This document shows positions 26,460 through 36,765 of a stretch of DNA of 37,804 nucleotides, piece after piece. The notes under the pieces are model-generated. The model was not told the DNA's origin, made no database searches, and saw nothing but the letters and a program-made list of their open reading frames with translations. The stretch is from Deltaproteobacteria bacterium (GTDB lineage Bacteria; Desulfobacterota; Binatia; UBA12015). Made by a program: the position numbers and the translations under genes. Positions within the stretch are counted from its first letter, which is position 1, and every line of letters begins with the position of its first letter. The DNA lies in contig JAYGCM010000071.1 of NCBI GenBank assembly GCA_046583355.1, positions 1-37,804 on the forward strand, in the 5' to 3' direction.

Positions 26460-28271
26460 ATGAAGTATCAGCCCATCGAGAACTACGGAATCATCGGCAA
26501 CCTTGAGACCGTAGCTCTCGTCGGGCTCGATGGCTCGATCGACTTCTTCTGTTTTCCGGAGTTCGACTCGCCGAGTGTCTTCGCGTCGCTCCTCGACCAC
26601 GAAAAGGGCGGCTTCTTCCGCGTGCGGCCGGAGCTCGGCAATGCGCGCCAGACTCAGCTCTATCTCCCTGAGACGAATGTTCTGCTGACGCGTTTCCTTG
26701 CCGATACAGGTGTCGCGGAAATCAGCGATTTCATGCCGGTCGGCGATGAGGTGCACCGCAACGCGCTGGTCCGCCGCATCGCTACAGTGCGCGGCACCGT
26801 CAAGTTTCATATCACCTGTGCCCCGCGCTTCGATTACGGCCGCGCCGAGCATTCCGTACGGCGGCAAAAAGATGGCCTGATCTTTCTCTCCAAGGGCAAG
26901 GATGGCACGGCTCTGCGCCTGCGCTGCGAGAAGAAGCTCGCCGTGGTGCAGGGGGCGGCGCATCTCACCATTGAGTTGCGTGCGGGCGAGTCGGTGCATT
27001 TTGTCCTCGAAGACGCCGCTGCCTCATGCGATGGCGATCCGCCGCTCGGCGAGTGGTGCGACCGCAGCTTCCACAGCACCGTGCGCTATTGGCGGCAATG
27101 GTCGGCGCGCTCCAGCTACCAGGGCCGCTGGCGGGAAATGGTGCAACGCTCGGCGCTGACGCTGAAACTGCTCACCTCGCGCAAGCATGGCTCTTTGGTG
27201 GCGGCGCCGACAATGGGGCTACCCGAGGTCATCGGTGGCGAGCGCAACTGGGATTATCGCTATACCTGGATTCGCGACTCCGCCTTCACGGTCTACGCAT
27301 TGCTGCGGCTGGGCTATACCGACGAGGCGCGTGGCTTCATGGATTGGGTCGAGGACCGCTGCGAGGAACTCAACCCGGACGGCTCGCTGCAAATCATGTA
27401 CGGCATCGACGGCCGCCACCGCCTGGAGGAGTCGATTCTGCCGCACCTCGAGGGGTACCGCGGTTCGGCCCCAGTGCGACTCGGCAACGGCGCCTATGAC
27501 CAATTGCAGCTCGATATCTACGGCGAGCTGATTGACTCGATCTATCTGCACGACAAATATGGCGCGCCGGTATCCTTTGATTTCTGGCATAATATCGTGC
27601 GTCTGGTCGATTGGGTTTGCAAGAATTGGCGCCGCAAGGATGAAGGCATCTGGGAGGTGCGCGGCGGTAAGCGTGAATTCCTCTACTCGCGGCTGATGTG
27701 CTGGGTTGCCATCGACCGGGCGCTGCGCCTGGCCGAGAAGCGTTCGCTACCGGCTCCCATCGTGCGCTGGCGCCAGATGCGCGACAAGATTCATCACGAA
27801 ATCCTGGAGAAATTCTGGAGCACGAAGCGCCAATCGTTCGTCCAATACACGGGCTCGGAGACGGTCGATGCCTCGTGCCTGATGATGCCGCTGGTTCGCT
27901 TCATCAGCCCGAGCGATCCGCGATGGCTTTCCACGCTCGATGCGGTCACCAAGGACCTCGTCGATGACTCGCTGGTCTATCGCTACCGCAATGGCGAGGC
28001 CGCCTCGGATGGTCTGGCCGGCGAAGAGGGCACCTTCAATATCTGCTCGTTTTGGTACGTCGAATGCCTGAGTCGCTCGGGCCAGCTCGACAAAGCGCAG
28101 CTGCTTTTCGAGAAGATGCTTGGCTATTCCAACCACCTCGGCCTCTACTCTGAAGAACTCGGTCCGGCCGGTGAACATCTCGGCAACTTCCCGCAAGCCT
28201 TCACCCACTTGAGTCTCATCAGTGCCGCGTTTGCTCTGAACCGGAATCTCGATGGTGGTTGGCGCGCCTGA
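26460..28271 (+). CDS. Glycoside hydrolase family 15 (trehalase/glucoamylase-like)
   Basis: [63 protein letters not shown]. Confidence 0.95.
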   Translation: MKYQPIENYGIIGNLETVALVGLDGSIDFFCFPEFDSPSVFASLLDHEKGGFFRVRPELGNARQTQLYLPETNVLLTRFLADTGVAEISDFMPVGDEVHRNALVRRIATVRGTVKFHITCAPRFDYGRAEHSVRRQKDGLIFLSKGKDGTALRLRCEKKLAVVQGAAHLTIELRAGESVHFVLEDAAASCDGDPPLGEWCDRSFHSTVRYWRQWSARSSYQGRWREMVQRSALTLKLLTSRKHGSLVAAPTMGLPEVIGGERNWDYRYTWIRDSAFTVYALLRLGYTDEARGFMDWVEDRCEELNPDGSLQIMYGIDGRHRLEESILPHLEGYRGSAPVRLGNGAYDQLQLDIYGELIDSIYLHDKYGAPVSFDFWHNIVRLVDWVCKNWRRKDEGIWEVRGGKREFLYSRLMCWVAIDRALRLAEKRSLPAPIVRWRQMRDKIHHEILEKFWSTKRQSFVQYTGSETVDASCLMMPLVRFISPSDPRWLSTLDAVTKDLVDDSLVYRYRNGEAASDGLAGEEGTFNICSFWYVECLSRSGQLDKAQLLFEKMLGYSNHLGLYSEELGPAGEHLGNFPQAFTHLSLISAAFALNRNLDGGWRA

Positions 28272-28330
28272 TGAGACAGCCGCGCGATTGGTGGATTGCG
28301 CAACACACGGCGGTTCGCGACACTGGCCGC

Positions 28331-28795
28331 ATGTCTGATCGACCTTTCCGAATTTTGGGACTCCAACAGATCGCCGTCGGCGCCGAGAGCAAAGATCGGC
28401 TGCGCACGCTCTGGGTCGATCTCCTCGGCCTGAAAGTTCATGGCAACTTCCGCAGCGAGAAAGAGAATGTCGACGAAGATATCGCGGTTACGGGCAAAGC
28501 GCCGTATCAGGTCGAGGTCGACCTGATGCAGCCGATCGACCCGAATGCGCGCCCGAAAGTCCACGTTCCGCCGCTGAATCATATCGGTCTCTGGGTCGAC
28601 GATCTGCCCGCTGCGGTCACGTGGCTCGGTGACGCCGGGATGCGTTTTGCTCCGGGCGGAATCCGTAAGGGCGCGGCCGGCTACGATGTCTGCTTCATCC
28701 ACCCGCGCGGTGACGAAAATTCTCCGGTGGGCGGCGAGGGCGTGCTGATTGAATTGGTGCAGGCGCCCGACCATATTGTGGAAGCGTTTGTTTGA
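28331..28795 (+). CDS. VOC (glyoxalase/methylmalonyl-CoA epimerase-like) family protein
   Basis: [59 protein letters not shown]. Confidence 0.88.
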   Translation: MSDRPFRILGLQQIAVGAESKDRLRTLWVDLLGLKVHGNFRSEKENVDEDIAVTGKAPYQVEVDLMQPIDPNARPKVHVPPLNHIGLWVDDLPAAVTWLGDAGMRFAPGGIRKGAAGYDVCFIHPRGDENSPVGGEGVLIELVQAPDHIVEAFV

Positions 28796-28812
28796 ACCAG
28801 CGACCCCAGGGT

Positions 28813-30942
28813 TCAGCCGGGGGTGATCTCGATATCCTGACGGAAGCGGCCCATGCCGCCGGTTTCAGCAAACAGGCCAGAGCCCAGCTGCTCGAGGTCG
28901 ATCTCGAGCGACCACGCCCCCGGATAGGGCGTCAGCAGGGGAACGGGAATTAGCATCGTCTCGCCCGGGCCGAGGTCGCGGCCCAGCGCCAGCCGGCGCC
29001 CCTCCAGCACGGCACCATGATCGCGGTTGCGCCAACGCAATCGCACGCCGATTACGCCTTCGCCGTCGAGGTCGAGCCCCGGCCAGGTGGCCGGGCTTGT
29101 ATTGTGCACCATGAGCTCCCGCCAGCCGAAGCGTCCGCTGTCGAGTTCGGCGGGAAAAGATAATTGGAGGCGTCCGCGGCGGTGCTCCGCTTTGAGGCTT
29201 TCCAAGGAGGTGCCGCGCAAGGTTGTCGGCTGCCTTGCGGCGAGACGCGCGCGCAATGCCGCGATGTCGGCACCACAGCTGCGCTCGACGCGGTAGACGA
29301 TATCGCGTCCGATCTGCGTGACCGGAACCAGGCCCAGCTCCGGGGCCGCCGCCGCGAAGGCCGCCGAGCGTTTTTTCATCAGGCCGTGGTGCGCGACGAT
29401 CCAGCGCAGTTCGGTCAGCGCGCAAAGATCGGCGAAGGCTCGGGCGTCGGGGAGTCTCTGGGCCAGTCCCATCAAAAGGGGATGCGAGGCCGGGGGGTAG
29501 CCTGAATATCCGTTGAGTAAGGGCAGCCAATGTTTCGTCGCGCCCAGCATGGCACGGCCGTTTTGCCGCGTTAGCCGGCCGTCCATGGCGGAATTGAGAA
29601 CCGGTATATCGAGTACGGCGCCCGTGTGAGCGTTCTCGGCCAGCCATTGATGCGCGCCGACGAGCAGGGGTGCCGCGGGGTTGGCCACCAGTGCCAAGGG
29701 CGGCAGAGGGTGGCGCCACGCGACCAAAGCGAGCGCAAGGATGACGATGGCGCCTTGGCTCGATACGCGCACAAGTCGTGGACGGTTTTCGCTGACGAGG
29801 CGAAGCAGGAAGCTCAGGCCCAAGCCGGCCAGTATGGCAATGCTGACCTCGCTGAGTGCCAGGAAGCGGCTGGGCGCTCGCATCACGGAAAATCCGGGTA
29901 CGACGGCCATGGCGAGTTCGTAGAGCCCCGGCAGGTCGGTCCCGGGCAGGAGCGGCAAGGTGGTGCCGGTGGCAAGAATTCCGCCGAGCACGCAGCTCGC
30001 CAGCAGCGAGGCGCGCAATGCCAGTGGCGCATCGCGCTGCCACAGGCCGAGGAGGGCGAAGGGAATCGCCGGCCCGGCGGGGCCGCTGCCGAGGATGCTG
30101 AAGATGGTGCCGAGGGAGAACGAACCCGCTTGGATCAAGGCAAGCGCGGCCTCGGGGCTGGGAAAGCTCCCTCCGCTCCTCGCTTGCAGATAGGGGATTG
30201 CCAACGCGGCCAGCGGCAAGGCCCCGAGGGCGAGAGCGAGCAGCGGCACAGCGCCACTATGGCCGGCGCGTCGCGCCGTGACGATCAGACCCGGGCTCAA
30301 GGCCAAAGTGAACGCGGCGAGAATAAAGGCCAGGTAGACGCCGGCCAGCAGTTGCAGGGCGGTTGCCAGAACCAACGCGAGAAAGAGTCCGCGGGTCGGG
30401 TGTCGTGCCAGGCGGAAGGCGAGGGTGAGCACGAGCGGGAAGAACCCGATGACCGAGCCGTGCAATCGGGTGAAGCCGAGCGTGAGTGCCGGACTGAAGG
30501 CGAAGATGCAGGCCGCGAAGAAGGCGGCGGCGGGCGCACCGCCGAAATCGCGCACGGCCTTCCAGGTGCAGAGCGCCGCGATCCAGATGGTGGCGATGAT
30601 GGTGATATTATAGGTGAGCAGCGCGTTATCGAAGGCGAGCTGCACCGGCGTAGCGATCGGCGTGAGGCCGATCAGGTTCTCCGAGGCTGCCAGCGACAAG
30701 GGCGCGGGGTGGAAAATATTGGCGTCGAAGAGCGAGAGCGGCACTTCCACGATCGCCCGCGACGTCCAGGCAAGAATCCACACCAGTAGGTCGAGGTCGG
30801 CGCGTGCCCAGGCGTCGGGCGGCCCGCCAGGCGATGTCTGCGGCAGGGTGTCGCCAAGATGCAGCGCCAGCGGCCAGGACAGCGCCAGCGTGATGGCAAG
30901 CAACGCTGCGGCGGCGATCAGGTTGGTGCGCAGGCCTCTCAT
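28813..30942 (-). CDS. Polytopic membrane protein, GT-C/YfhO-like, with a C-terminal Ig-like domain
   Basis: About 12 hydrophobic segments. First loop ADLDLLVWILAW, LFDANIFHP..LAASE, MRAPSRF, LLNGYSGY, and C-terminal VHNTSPATW...LGPGET...PGAWSLEIDL. ATGA overlap with the SGNH gene. Confidence 0.72.
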   Translation of the reverse strand: MRGLRTNLIAAAALLAITLALSWPLALHLGDTLPQTSPGGPPDAWARADLDLLVWILAWTSRAIVEVPLSLFDANIFHPAPLSLAASENLIGLTPIATPVQLAFDNALLTYNITIIATIWIAALCTWKAVRDFGGAPAAAFFAACIFAFSPALTLGFTRLHGSVIGFFPLVLTLAFRLARHPTRGLFLALVLATALQLLAGVYLAFILAAFTLALSPGLIVTARRAGHSGAVPLLALALGALPLAALAIPYLQARSGGSFPSPEAALALIQAGSFSLGTIFSILGSGPAGPAIPFALLGLWQRDAPLALRASLLASCVLGGILATGTTLPLLPGTDLPGLYELAMAVVPGFSVMRAPSRFLALSEVSIAILAGLGLSFLLRLVSENRPRLVRVSSQGAIVILALALVAWRHPLPPLALVANPAAPLLVGAHQWLAENAHTGAVLDIPVLNSAMDGRLTRQNGRAMLGATKHWLPLLNGYSGYPPASHPLLMGLAQRLPDARAFADLCALTELRWIVAHHGLMKKRSAAFAAAAPELGLVPVTQIGRDIVYRVERSCGADIAALRARLAARQPTTLRGTSLESLKAEHRRGRLQLSFPAELDSGRFGWRELMVHNTSPATWPGLDLDGEGVIGVRLRWRNRDHGAVLEGRRLALGRDLGPGETMLIPVPLLTPYPGAWSLEIDLEQLGSGLFAETGGMGRFRQDIEITPG

Positions 30943-31991
30943 GGTGTCAGGCGCTGCGCGATTGCCTCGGCGATGAGGCCATGCCCGCGCGCATTGGGGT
31001 GCATGATGTCGAGAAAGAGGGGGTGGTTGGCTTCCGCTTGAAATGCGTCGTGCAGGTCGAGGCATTCCAGCTTTTCTTCGGCGCAGATGGTGCGCAGCCT
31101 CTGCTGCGGTGCGAGATCGGGTTTGTCTACGCCGATCTGGTCGCCATCGGGCAGGATGACGACCAGAAGCCGGATGCCGCGTGCGTGCGTCTCGCTGCGC
31201 ATGGCGTGCAAGGCGGCGCGCATTTCCTCCATGCGCTTGTCGTCCGGTGCGGCCCAATAGCGTTTGCGCAGGATCGAGATGTAGAGGTCTAATTTGTCGA
31301 ATGTGGTCGCGGTCGTCTCGTCATCGGGCGCGGCGGGCGTCTCGCCAACCCAGACCTGGCCGCGGGTCCGGACGAGCCATTTTAGCAGCAGATAAAATTC
31401 CGAGAGATTCGAGAGCGACCATCGTGAGACGCGCTGATCGCGCTCGAGCGTGAGAACGCCCATGGCTCCGAGCACGGGCGTATGGTCGTAGTCGTTGAGG
31501 TTGACGGCGAGAACGACCGTCTCGGGGTCGAGTGCGAAGCCGACCTCGCGCAGCAGCGCCAACTCGGAGCGGGTATTATAGCCCTCCACGCCAGCATTCA
31601 GGACTTCCCAATCGTCGCCGCTGCGTTCTCGCAGACGTTGGGTCAACAAGGTCGGAAAGATTTTTTCTTCGGCCATGCGGTAGCCGAAGGTGACCGAGTC
31701 GCCCAGGGCCAACACGCGACGGGTGGCCGCCGGCCGTGGTATTTCGATCTCGGCACCGCGCAGGCCATGGGAATTCACTCGCACCGGGACCCCGCGGGCG
31801 AACTCATCCAAGCCGGGGCGCAGCCGGTAGGGCAGCTCGTCATCGTCGGTGGCGAGGTAGAGGCGGCGAGGAAAGCCGTTGAGTCGGTCGACCAGGTCAA
31901 AGGACCGGGCGAGGATTTCGCCGAGGCCCCAGAAGACGCCGAGCGCCAGCATCAGGAGAATCATCCAGCGGAAAAGATGTTGGCGCTGCAC
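30939..31991 (-). CDS. Membrane-anchored SGNH/GDSL hydrolase family protein
   Basis: N-terminal TM, VNSHGLRG, LGDSVTFG (block I), NAGVEGY (II), NLND (III) and DIMHPNARGH (V). Confidence 0.9.
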   Translation of the reverse strand: MQRQHLFRWMILLMLALGVFWGLGEILARSFDLVDRLNGFPRRLYLATDDDELPYRLRPGLDEFARGVPVRVNSHGLRGAEIEIPRPAATRRVLALGDSVTFGYRMAEEKIFPTLLTQRLRERSGDDWEVLNAGVEGYNTRSELALLREVGFALDPETVVLAVNLNDYDHTPVLGAMGVLTLERDQRVSRWSLSNLSEFYLLLKWLVRTRGQVWVGETPAAPDDETTATTFDKLDLYISILRKRYWAAPDDKRMEEMRAALHAMRSETHARGIRLLVVILPDGDQIGVDKPDLAPQQRLRTICAEEKLECLDLHDAFQAEANHPLFLDIMHPNARGHGLIAEAIAQRLTP

Positions 31992-31998
31992 GCCGGGA

Positions 31999-32026
31999 AT
32001 CCTACTGATTCATACGAGGCCGTCAA
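31999..32026 (-). promoter_or_regulatory. Sigma70-type promoter for the SGNH/GT-C operon (probably leaderless)
   Basis: Minus strand TTGACG, 16 nt, TAGGAT, 7 nt, then GTG at 31991. Confidence 0.6.
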
Positions 32027-32102
32027 CATCGGCGCGGAAACGGACGAGCCGCCCGAACCTCCAAGTACCCGTTTTCGCCCCGGCTCGTTATGAAGGGTTG
32101 GG

Positions 32103-33878
32103 ATGGCACGGCTTTGGCAGATCGCTCTGCGGTACCGCGCGCGATGGCTGCTTGGCTGTTTGTTGCTCGTGGTCACCGCCTCGTTGGCGATGACGATCCC
32201 GCTGCTGCTGCGCGCGGCGGTCGATATCATGGCTGCGACCGAGCCCGACCCGGGCGCGCGAAGCGTCGGTTTCTACGCGGCTTGCATCATCGCCATCGCG
32301 CTGGTGCAGGGGGTATCGCGCGCCTTCTCGCGCTTCCTGATCTTCAACACCGGACGCGACGTCGAATACGACCTGCGCAACGACCTCTTCCGCCATCTCG
32401 AGACGCTGCCGCCGGCTTTCTACAAGGAACGCACGACCGGCGACCTGATGTCGCGGCTGATCAACGATATATCGGCCGTGCGTCTGATGCTCGGCCCCGG
32501 ACTTCTCAACGTCATCAATACGCCGATCTATTACATCTACGCGCTCACGATCATGCTCTCGATTGACCCGACGCTGACTCTGGCCGCGCTCGCTCCCTAT
32601 CCGCTGGCGATGATTTATATCAAGGGGACGACGCGCAAGCTGATGGTGGGGCAGATCCGTGTGCAGGAGGGGCTATCGAATATCACCGGCGCGATTCAGG
32701 AGCATGTGAGCGGCATCCATGTCGTGAAGGCCTACGCAATGGAGTCGCGCGAGGAGGCTCGTTTCGCAAAGGAGAATACTGATTTTCGCGAAGCCAGCCT
32801 GGAACTTGCGCGTCTGCGCGGCATGATCGCGCCGGTGACGCGCCTGGTGAGCGGGTCGGGAATCCTGATCGTGCTCTGGCTCGGCGGCTCGCGGGTCGCC
32901 GCGGGCACGTTGCAACTCGGCGACCTGGTCGCCTTCATGGGCTACCTGCACCTACTCGCGTGGCCGACCATGGCGCTGGGCTGGATGCTCTCGATTGTGC
33001 AGCGCGGGCGCGCCAGCATGATGCGCCTGGAGGAGCTCCTCGATGAGAGCTCGCCGCTGCGGGCCAAGGCAGGGCCGCATGGCCTTGAGCCCTTGCAGGT
33101 GGGTGCGGGCGAGATCGAGTTCCGCGACGTCGGCTTTGCCTACCCCGACGCACCCGACGAGAAAATCCTCGACGGAATCAACCTGCGGATCCCCGCCGGT
33201 ACGACCGTTGCGTTGGTCGGCCGTTCGGGTTCGGGCAAGAGCAGTTTTCTCCAGCTTCTACCGCGCCTCTTCGATCCCGATGCCGGCGAGGTGCGGATCG
33301 ACGGCCACGATATTCGTTCCTACGCGCTCGGCGACCTGCGCCGCGCCATCGCCTTTGTCCCGCAGGATCCGTTTCTATTCTCGACCTCGATTGCGACCAA
33401 TATCGCCTTTGCCGACCCCGAACTCGATGCGGGAAGCGAAGGCGAAGTTGACGTGCGCATCCGCGAAGCTGCTCAATGGGCGGCCCTGGATGGCGACGTG
33501 GAATCGTTCCCGCACGGCTATGCGACGATGGTCGGCGAGCGCGGCATCACCCTCTCGGGTGGCCAGAAGCAGCGGGTCACGCTGGCCCGCGCGCTTTTGC
33601 ATGATGCCCCGATTCTGGTCCTCGACGATGCCCTCTCCAGCGTCGATACCCACACCGAGGAGCGGGTGCTGCAGGCTCTCGAGCATCGTCGCGCCGGACG
33701 TACCTGCCTGATCGTCGCACACCGCCTCTCGACGGTGCAGGACGCCGATATGATCGTCGTCTTCGACGCCGGCCGAATTGTCGCCTCGGGTCGTCATCGG
33801 GAACTCCTGCAAGATTGCGTGCTCTACGGCGATCTCTTCCGTCGCCAGATGCTCGAAGATGAATTGGAGGCGCGATGA
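32103..33878 (+). CDS. ABC exporter half-transporter (permease + NBD), heterodimer subunit A
   Basis: TM domain with TGDLMSR, Walker A GRSGSGKS, VPQ, signature LSGGQKQR and degenerate Walker B LVLDDALS. Confidence 0.95.
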   Translation: MARLWQIALRYRARWLLGCLLLVVTASLAMTIPLLLRAAVDIMAATEPDPGARSVGFYAACIIAIALVQGVSRAFSRFLIFNTGRDVEYDLRNDLFRHLETLPPAFYKERTTGDLMSRLINDISAVRLMLGPGLLNVINTPIYYIYALTIMLSIDPTLTLAALAPYPLAMIYIKGTTRKLMVGQIRVQEGLSNITGAIQEHVSGIHVVKAYAMESREEARFAKENTDFREASLELARLRGMIAPVTRLVSGSGILIVLWLGGSRVAAGTLQLGDLVAFMGYLHLLAWPTMALGWMLSIVQRGRASMMRLEELLDESSPLRAKAGPHGLEPLQVGAGEIEFRDVGFAYPDAPDEKILDGINLRIPAGTTVALVGRSGSGKSSFLQLLPRLFDPDAGEVRIDGHDIRSYALGDLRRAIAFVPQDPFLFSTSIATNIAFADPELDAGSEGEVDVRIREAAQWAALDGDVESFPHGYATMVGERGITLSGGQKQRVTLARALLHDAPILVLDDALSSVDTHTEERVLQALEHRRAGRTCLIVAHRLSTVQDADMIVVFDAGRIVASGRHRELLQDCVLYGDLFRRQMLEDELEAR

Positions 33879-35713
33879 ATTCCCCGCAGGGAGCCGCGCG
33901 AGGCGGGCAGGGGCGTGACATTCACGCCGAGGCCGCCGTTAACACGACCAACGACGCCGCGCTGCTATGGCGGCTCTGGGGCTTCATGCGCCCCTACCGC
34001 TTGGTGTTCTTCCTGACGGCGGCCATGTTGCCGCTGATCTCCGGGCTGATGCTGCTCCAGCCCTGGCTGATCAAGATCGGCATCGACGACTATATCGAAA
34101 ACGGCGACGCCGCCGGACTCTCATCGGTCGGGGCGATTTTCATCGGCGCCTTGCTGGCCGAGTTCGTCCTGCTCTACGTGCAATATTATCTCACCATGTG
34201 GCTTGCGCAGCGCTCGCTTGCCGACCTCCGTGAGGCCTTGTTCGCGCACCTGGGCAAGCTGCCGCAGAGCTATTTCGACCGCAACCCGGTTGGCCGGATC
34301 GTGACGAGGGTCACGACCGATGTGGATGTCCTCAACGAGGCGTTTGCCTCTGGGGGCATGACCATTTTCATGGATCTGCTGACGCTCTCGGGCATCGTCG
34401 CGGTGATGATGTGGATTGATTGGCGTCTGGCCCTGGTCACGCTTGCCGCCGTTCCGCTGCTCCTGGTCGCGATCGATTTTTTCCGCCGCCGCGCGCGCGT
34501 CACCTACCGGCTGATCCGCGAGCGGGTCGCACGGATCAATAGCGTGTTGCAGGAATCGATCTCCGGGATGTCGACCATCCAGCTCTTCGCGCACGAAGAA
34601 GAGAGCTTTCGGTCGTTCGACAAAGAGAACAGTCTGCATCGCGACGCCTATAATCGCTCGAATATCTACGAGGCGTCGCTTTTCTCGGTGGTCGAGGTGG
34701 TGAGCTCGGTCTCCGGGGCGCTGGTGATCTGGTACGGCTCGGGGCAGATCCTCGCTGGCGTCGTCGCCTTCGGAACGCTGGTGGCGTTCCTCGAGTACCT
34801 GCAAAAATTCTTTATTCCGATCCGCGACTTCTCAGCCAAATATGCGGTCCTCCAATCCGCGATGGCCGCCGGCGAGCGAGTCTTTGCGCTCCTCGATGAA
34901 GAGGTGACGATCGCCGCACCGCGGGATGCGCGGCGGGCCTCTGCTGGCGATAGCCGCCGAGGTTCCTTGAGCTTCAAGAACGTGAACTTCGCCTACCGCG
35001 GCGACAACCTGGTGCTGCACGATATCTCGCTGGAGGTGCATCCGGGCGAGATGGTCGCCGTGGTCGGCGCGAGCGGTTCGGGCAAGACAACGCTGACCAA
35101 GCTGATCGGCCGCAGCTTCGATGTCGGCAGTGGCTCCGTGAAGGTCTCCGGCATTGATGTCCGCGACTGGGATCTGCAGGCGCTGCGTCGTGAGGTGGGC
35201 ATCGTCTTGCAGGATGCCTTCCTTTTTCGCGGCACGATTGGCGACAACGTCTCGCTTGGCCGCGAAGATACCGACGAGGCGCAGGTTCGGGCGGCAATCC
35301 GCGCCGCCAACCTCGAGGCCTTCGTGGATTCTCGCCCACGTGGCTTGGACGAGAAGATCCGCGAGCGCGGCAACAATCTCTCTGTCGGCCAGCGCCAGCT
35401 CCTCGCCTTCGCCCGCGCCCTAGCCTACGACCCGCAGATCCTGATCCTCGACGAGGCTACCTCCAGCGTGGACACGCAAACCGAGGCGCGCATCCAGGAG
35501 GCGCTCGACCGGTTGCTCGAAAACCGTACCTCGATTGTGATCGCGCATCGGCTCTCGACCATCGAGAGGGCAGACCGCATCGTCGTGCTGCACCACGGAC
35601 GCATCCGCGAGGTCGGCACGCACCAGGAATTGCTCGACCGAGGCGAGATCTATGCCCGGCTTCACGCCCTGCAATACGCCCGCGCGCGCCCGGTCGAAGG
35701 GTCGGCCGCATGA
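33875..35713 (+). CDS. ABC exporter half-transporter, heterodimer subunit B
   Basis: NPVGRIVTRVTTD, GASGSGKT, degenerate signature LSVGQRQ, LILDEATS, AHRLST. ATGA overlap with subunit A. Confidence 0.95.
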   Translation: MNSPQGAARGGQGRDIHAEAAVNTTNDAALLWRLWGFMRPYRLVFFLTAAMLPLISGLMLLQPWLIKIGIDDYIENGDAAGLSSVGAIFIGALLAEFVLLYVQYYLTMWLAQRSLADLREALFAHLGKLPQSYFDRNPVGRIVTRVTTDVDVLNEAFASGGMTIFMDLLTLSGIVAVMMWIDWRLALVTLAAVPLLLVAIDFFRRRARVTYRLIRERVARINSVLQESISGMSTIQLFAHEEESFRSFDKENSLHRDAYNRSNIYEASLFSVVEVVSSVSGALVIWYGSGQILAGVVAFGTLVAFLEYLQKFFIPIRDFSAKYAVLQSAMAAGERVFALLDEEVTIAAPRDARRASAGDSRRGSLSFKNVNFAYRGDNLVLHDISLEVHPGEMVAVVGASGSGKTTLTKLIGRSFDVGSGSVKVSGIDVRDWDLQALRREVGIVLQDAFLFRGTIGDNVSLGREDTDEAQVRAAIRAANLEAFVDSRPRGLDEKIRERGNNLSVGQRQLLAFARALAYDPQILILDEATSSVDTQTEARIQEALDRLLENRTSIVIAHRLSTIERADRIVVLHHGRIREVGTHQELLDRGEIYARLHALQYARARPVEGSAA

Positions 35714-36765
35714 GCAAATGCCGCGCGCTTTTGCTGCTTCTTCTGCTCGGCGGCGCGATGGGCTGCAGCGGCTGCTCGCCGGTCTACGTCTGGCGCGGGG
35801 CGGTCGCGCAGGGGCGCATTCTGCTCAGCCGCGAACCGATCACCCGCGTGCTTGCCTCGGACCGGCTCACGCCGCAGCAGCGCGACCGCCTGGCCCTGGT
35901 CCAGGAGGTGCGGCGCTTTGCCAGCGAGGAGCTCGGCATGGATGTCGGCGGCGCCTATGGCTCCTATGCGGAGGTGCCGCCGGGTGCCCTGGTCTGGGTC
36001 GTCTCGGCGGCGCGCCAGACCCGCCTGGAGAGTTATACTTGGTGGTTCCCGATCGTCGGCCGCGTGGCCTACAAAGGCTTCTTCGAAGAATCCGAAGCGG
36101 AGGCTCTGGCTGCCGAGCTGCGCGAGGAGGGCTGGGATATCTATCTGCGCACCTCCAGTGCCTTCTCCACCCTGGGCTGGTTCGATGACCCGGTGCTCTC
36201 GAGCTGGCTCAAGCGTGACGAGGTGGCGCTGGCCGACCTGGTCCTGCACGAGCTGTTGCACCGAAGTTTCTATTTGTCCGGGCATACGGATTTCAACGAA
36301 TCCTTTGCTTCCTGGGTCGGCCATGCAGGCGCGCGGCAATTCTTTGCGCGGCGTGACGGCGCAGACGCCGAGACCACGCGCCGCGCCGAGGAGCGCTACG
36401 GCCGGGCCATGCATGCCTCGACGAGATTCGACCAGGCCATCGCCACCCTGCGGGCTCTCTACGAAAAAGCCGAGCGCGAGAAATGGGCGCGGGCTCGCAC
36501 CCTGGCCGCCCGCGAGGAGATCTTCGCCACGCTCGGCCCGGTCGGCAAGGTGAACAACGCGGTCATTCTGGCGCGTTGGGCCTACCGCAAGGATCTGGGA
36601 GATTTCGCCTGCGCAGCCGCAGCGCGCGGCGGTAGCCTGCGTGATCAGATCGCGGGAATCGAGGCGCTGGCGACCGATGCCGATGACCCCTTCGCGGCGA
36701 TTGCCTGCAGCGAGGCCGCGATTTATTCAGGGCAGTCCGAAGGCGCGTCGCCGGGCCGCTTGTAA
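35710..36765 (+). CDS. Putative Zn-dependent aminopeptidase, lipoprotein
   Basis: Signal with Cys, WWFPIVGRVAYKGFF, AFSTLGWFDDP and LHELLH...FNESFA (HExxH...E). ATGA overlap. Confidence 0.88.
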   Translation: MSKCRALLLLLLLGGAMGCSGCSPVYVWRGAVAQGRILLSREPITRVLASDRLTPQQRDRLALVQEVRRFASEELGMDVGGAYGSYAEVPPGALVWVVSAARQTRLESYTWWFPIVGRVAYKGFFEESEAEALAAELREEGWDIYLRTSSAFSTLGWFDDPVLSSWLKRDEVALADLVLHELLHRSFYLSGHTDFNESFASWVGHAGARQFFARRDGADAETTRRAEERYGRAMHASTRFDQAIATLRALYEKAEREKWARARTLAAREEIFATLGPVGKVNNAVILARWAYRKDLGDFACAAAARGGSLRDQIAGIEALATDADDPFAAIACSEAAIYSGQSEGASPGRL

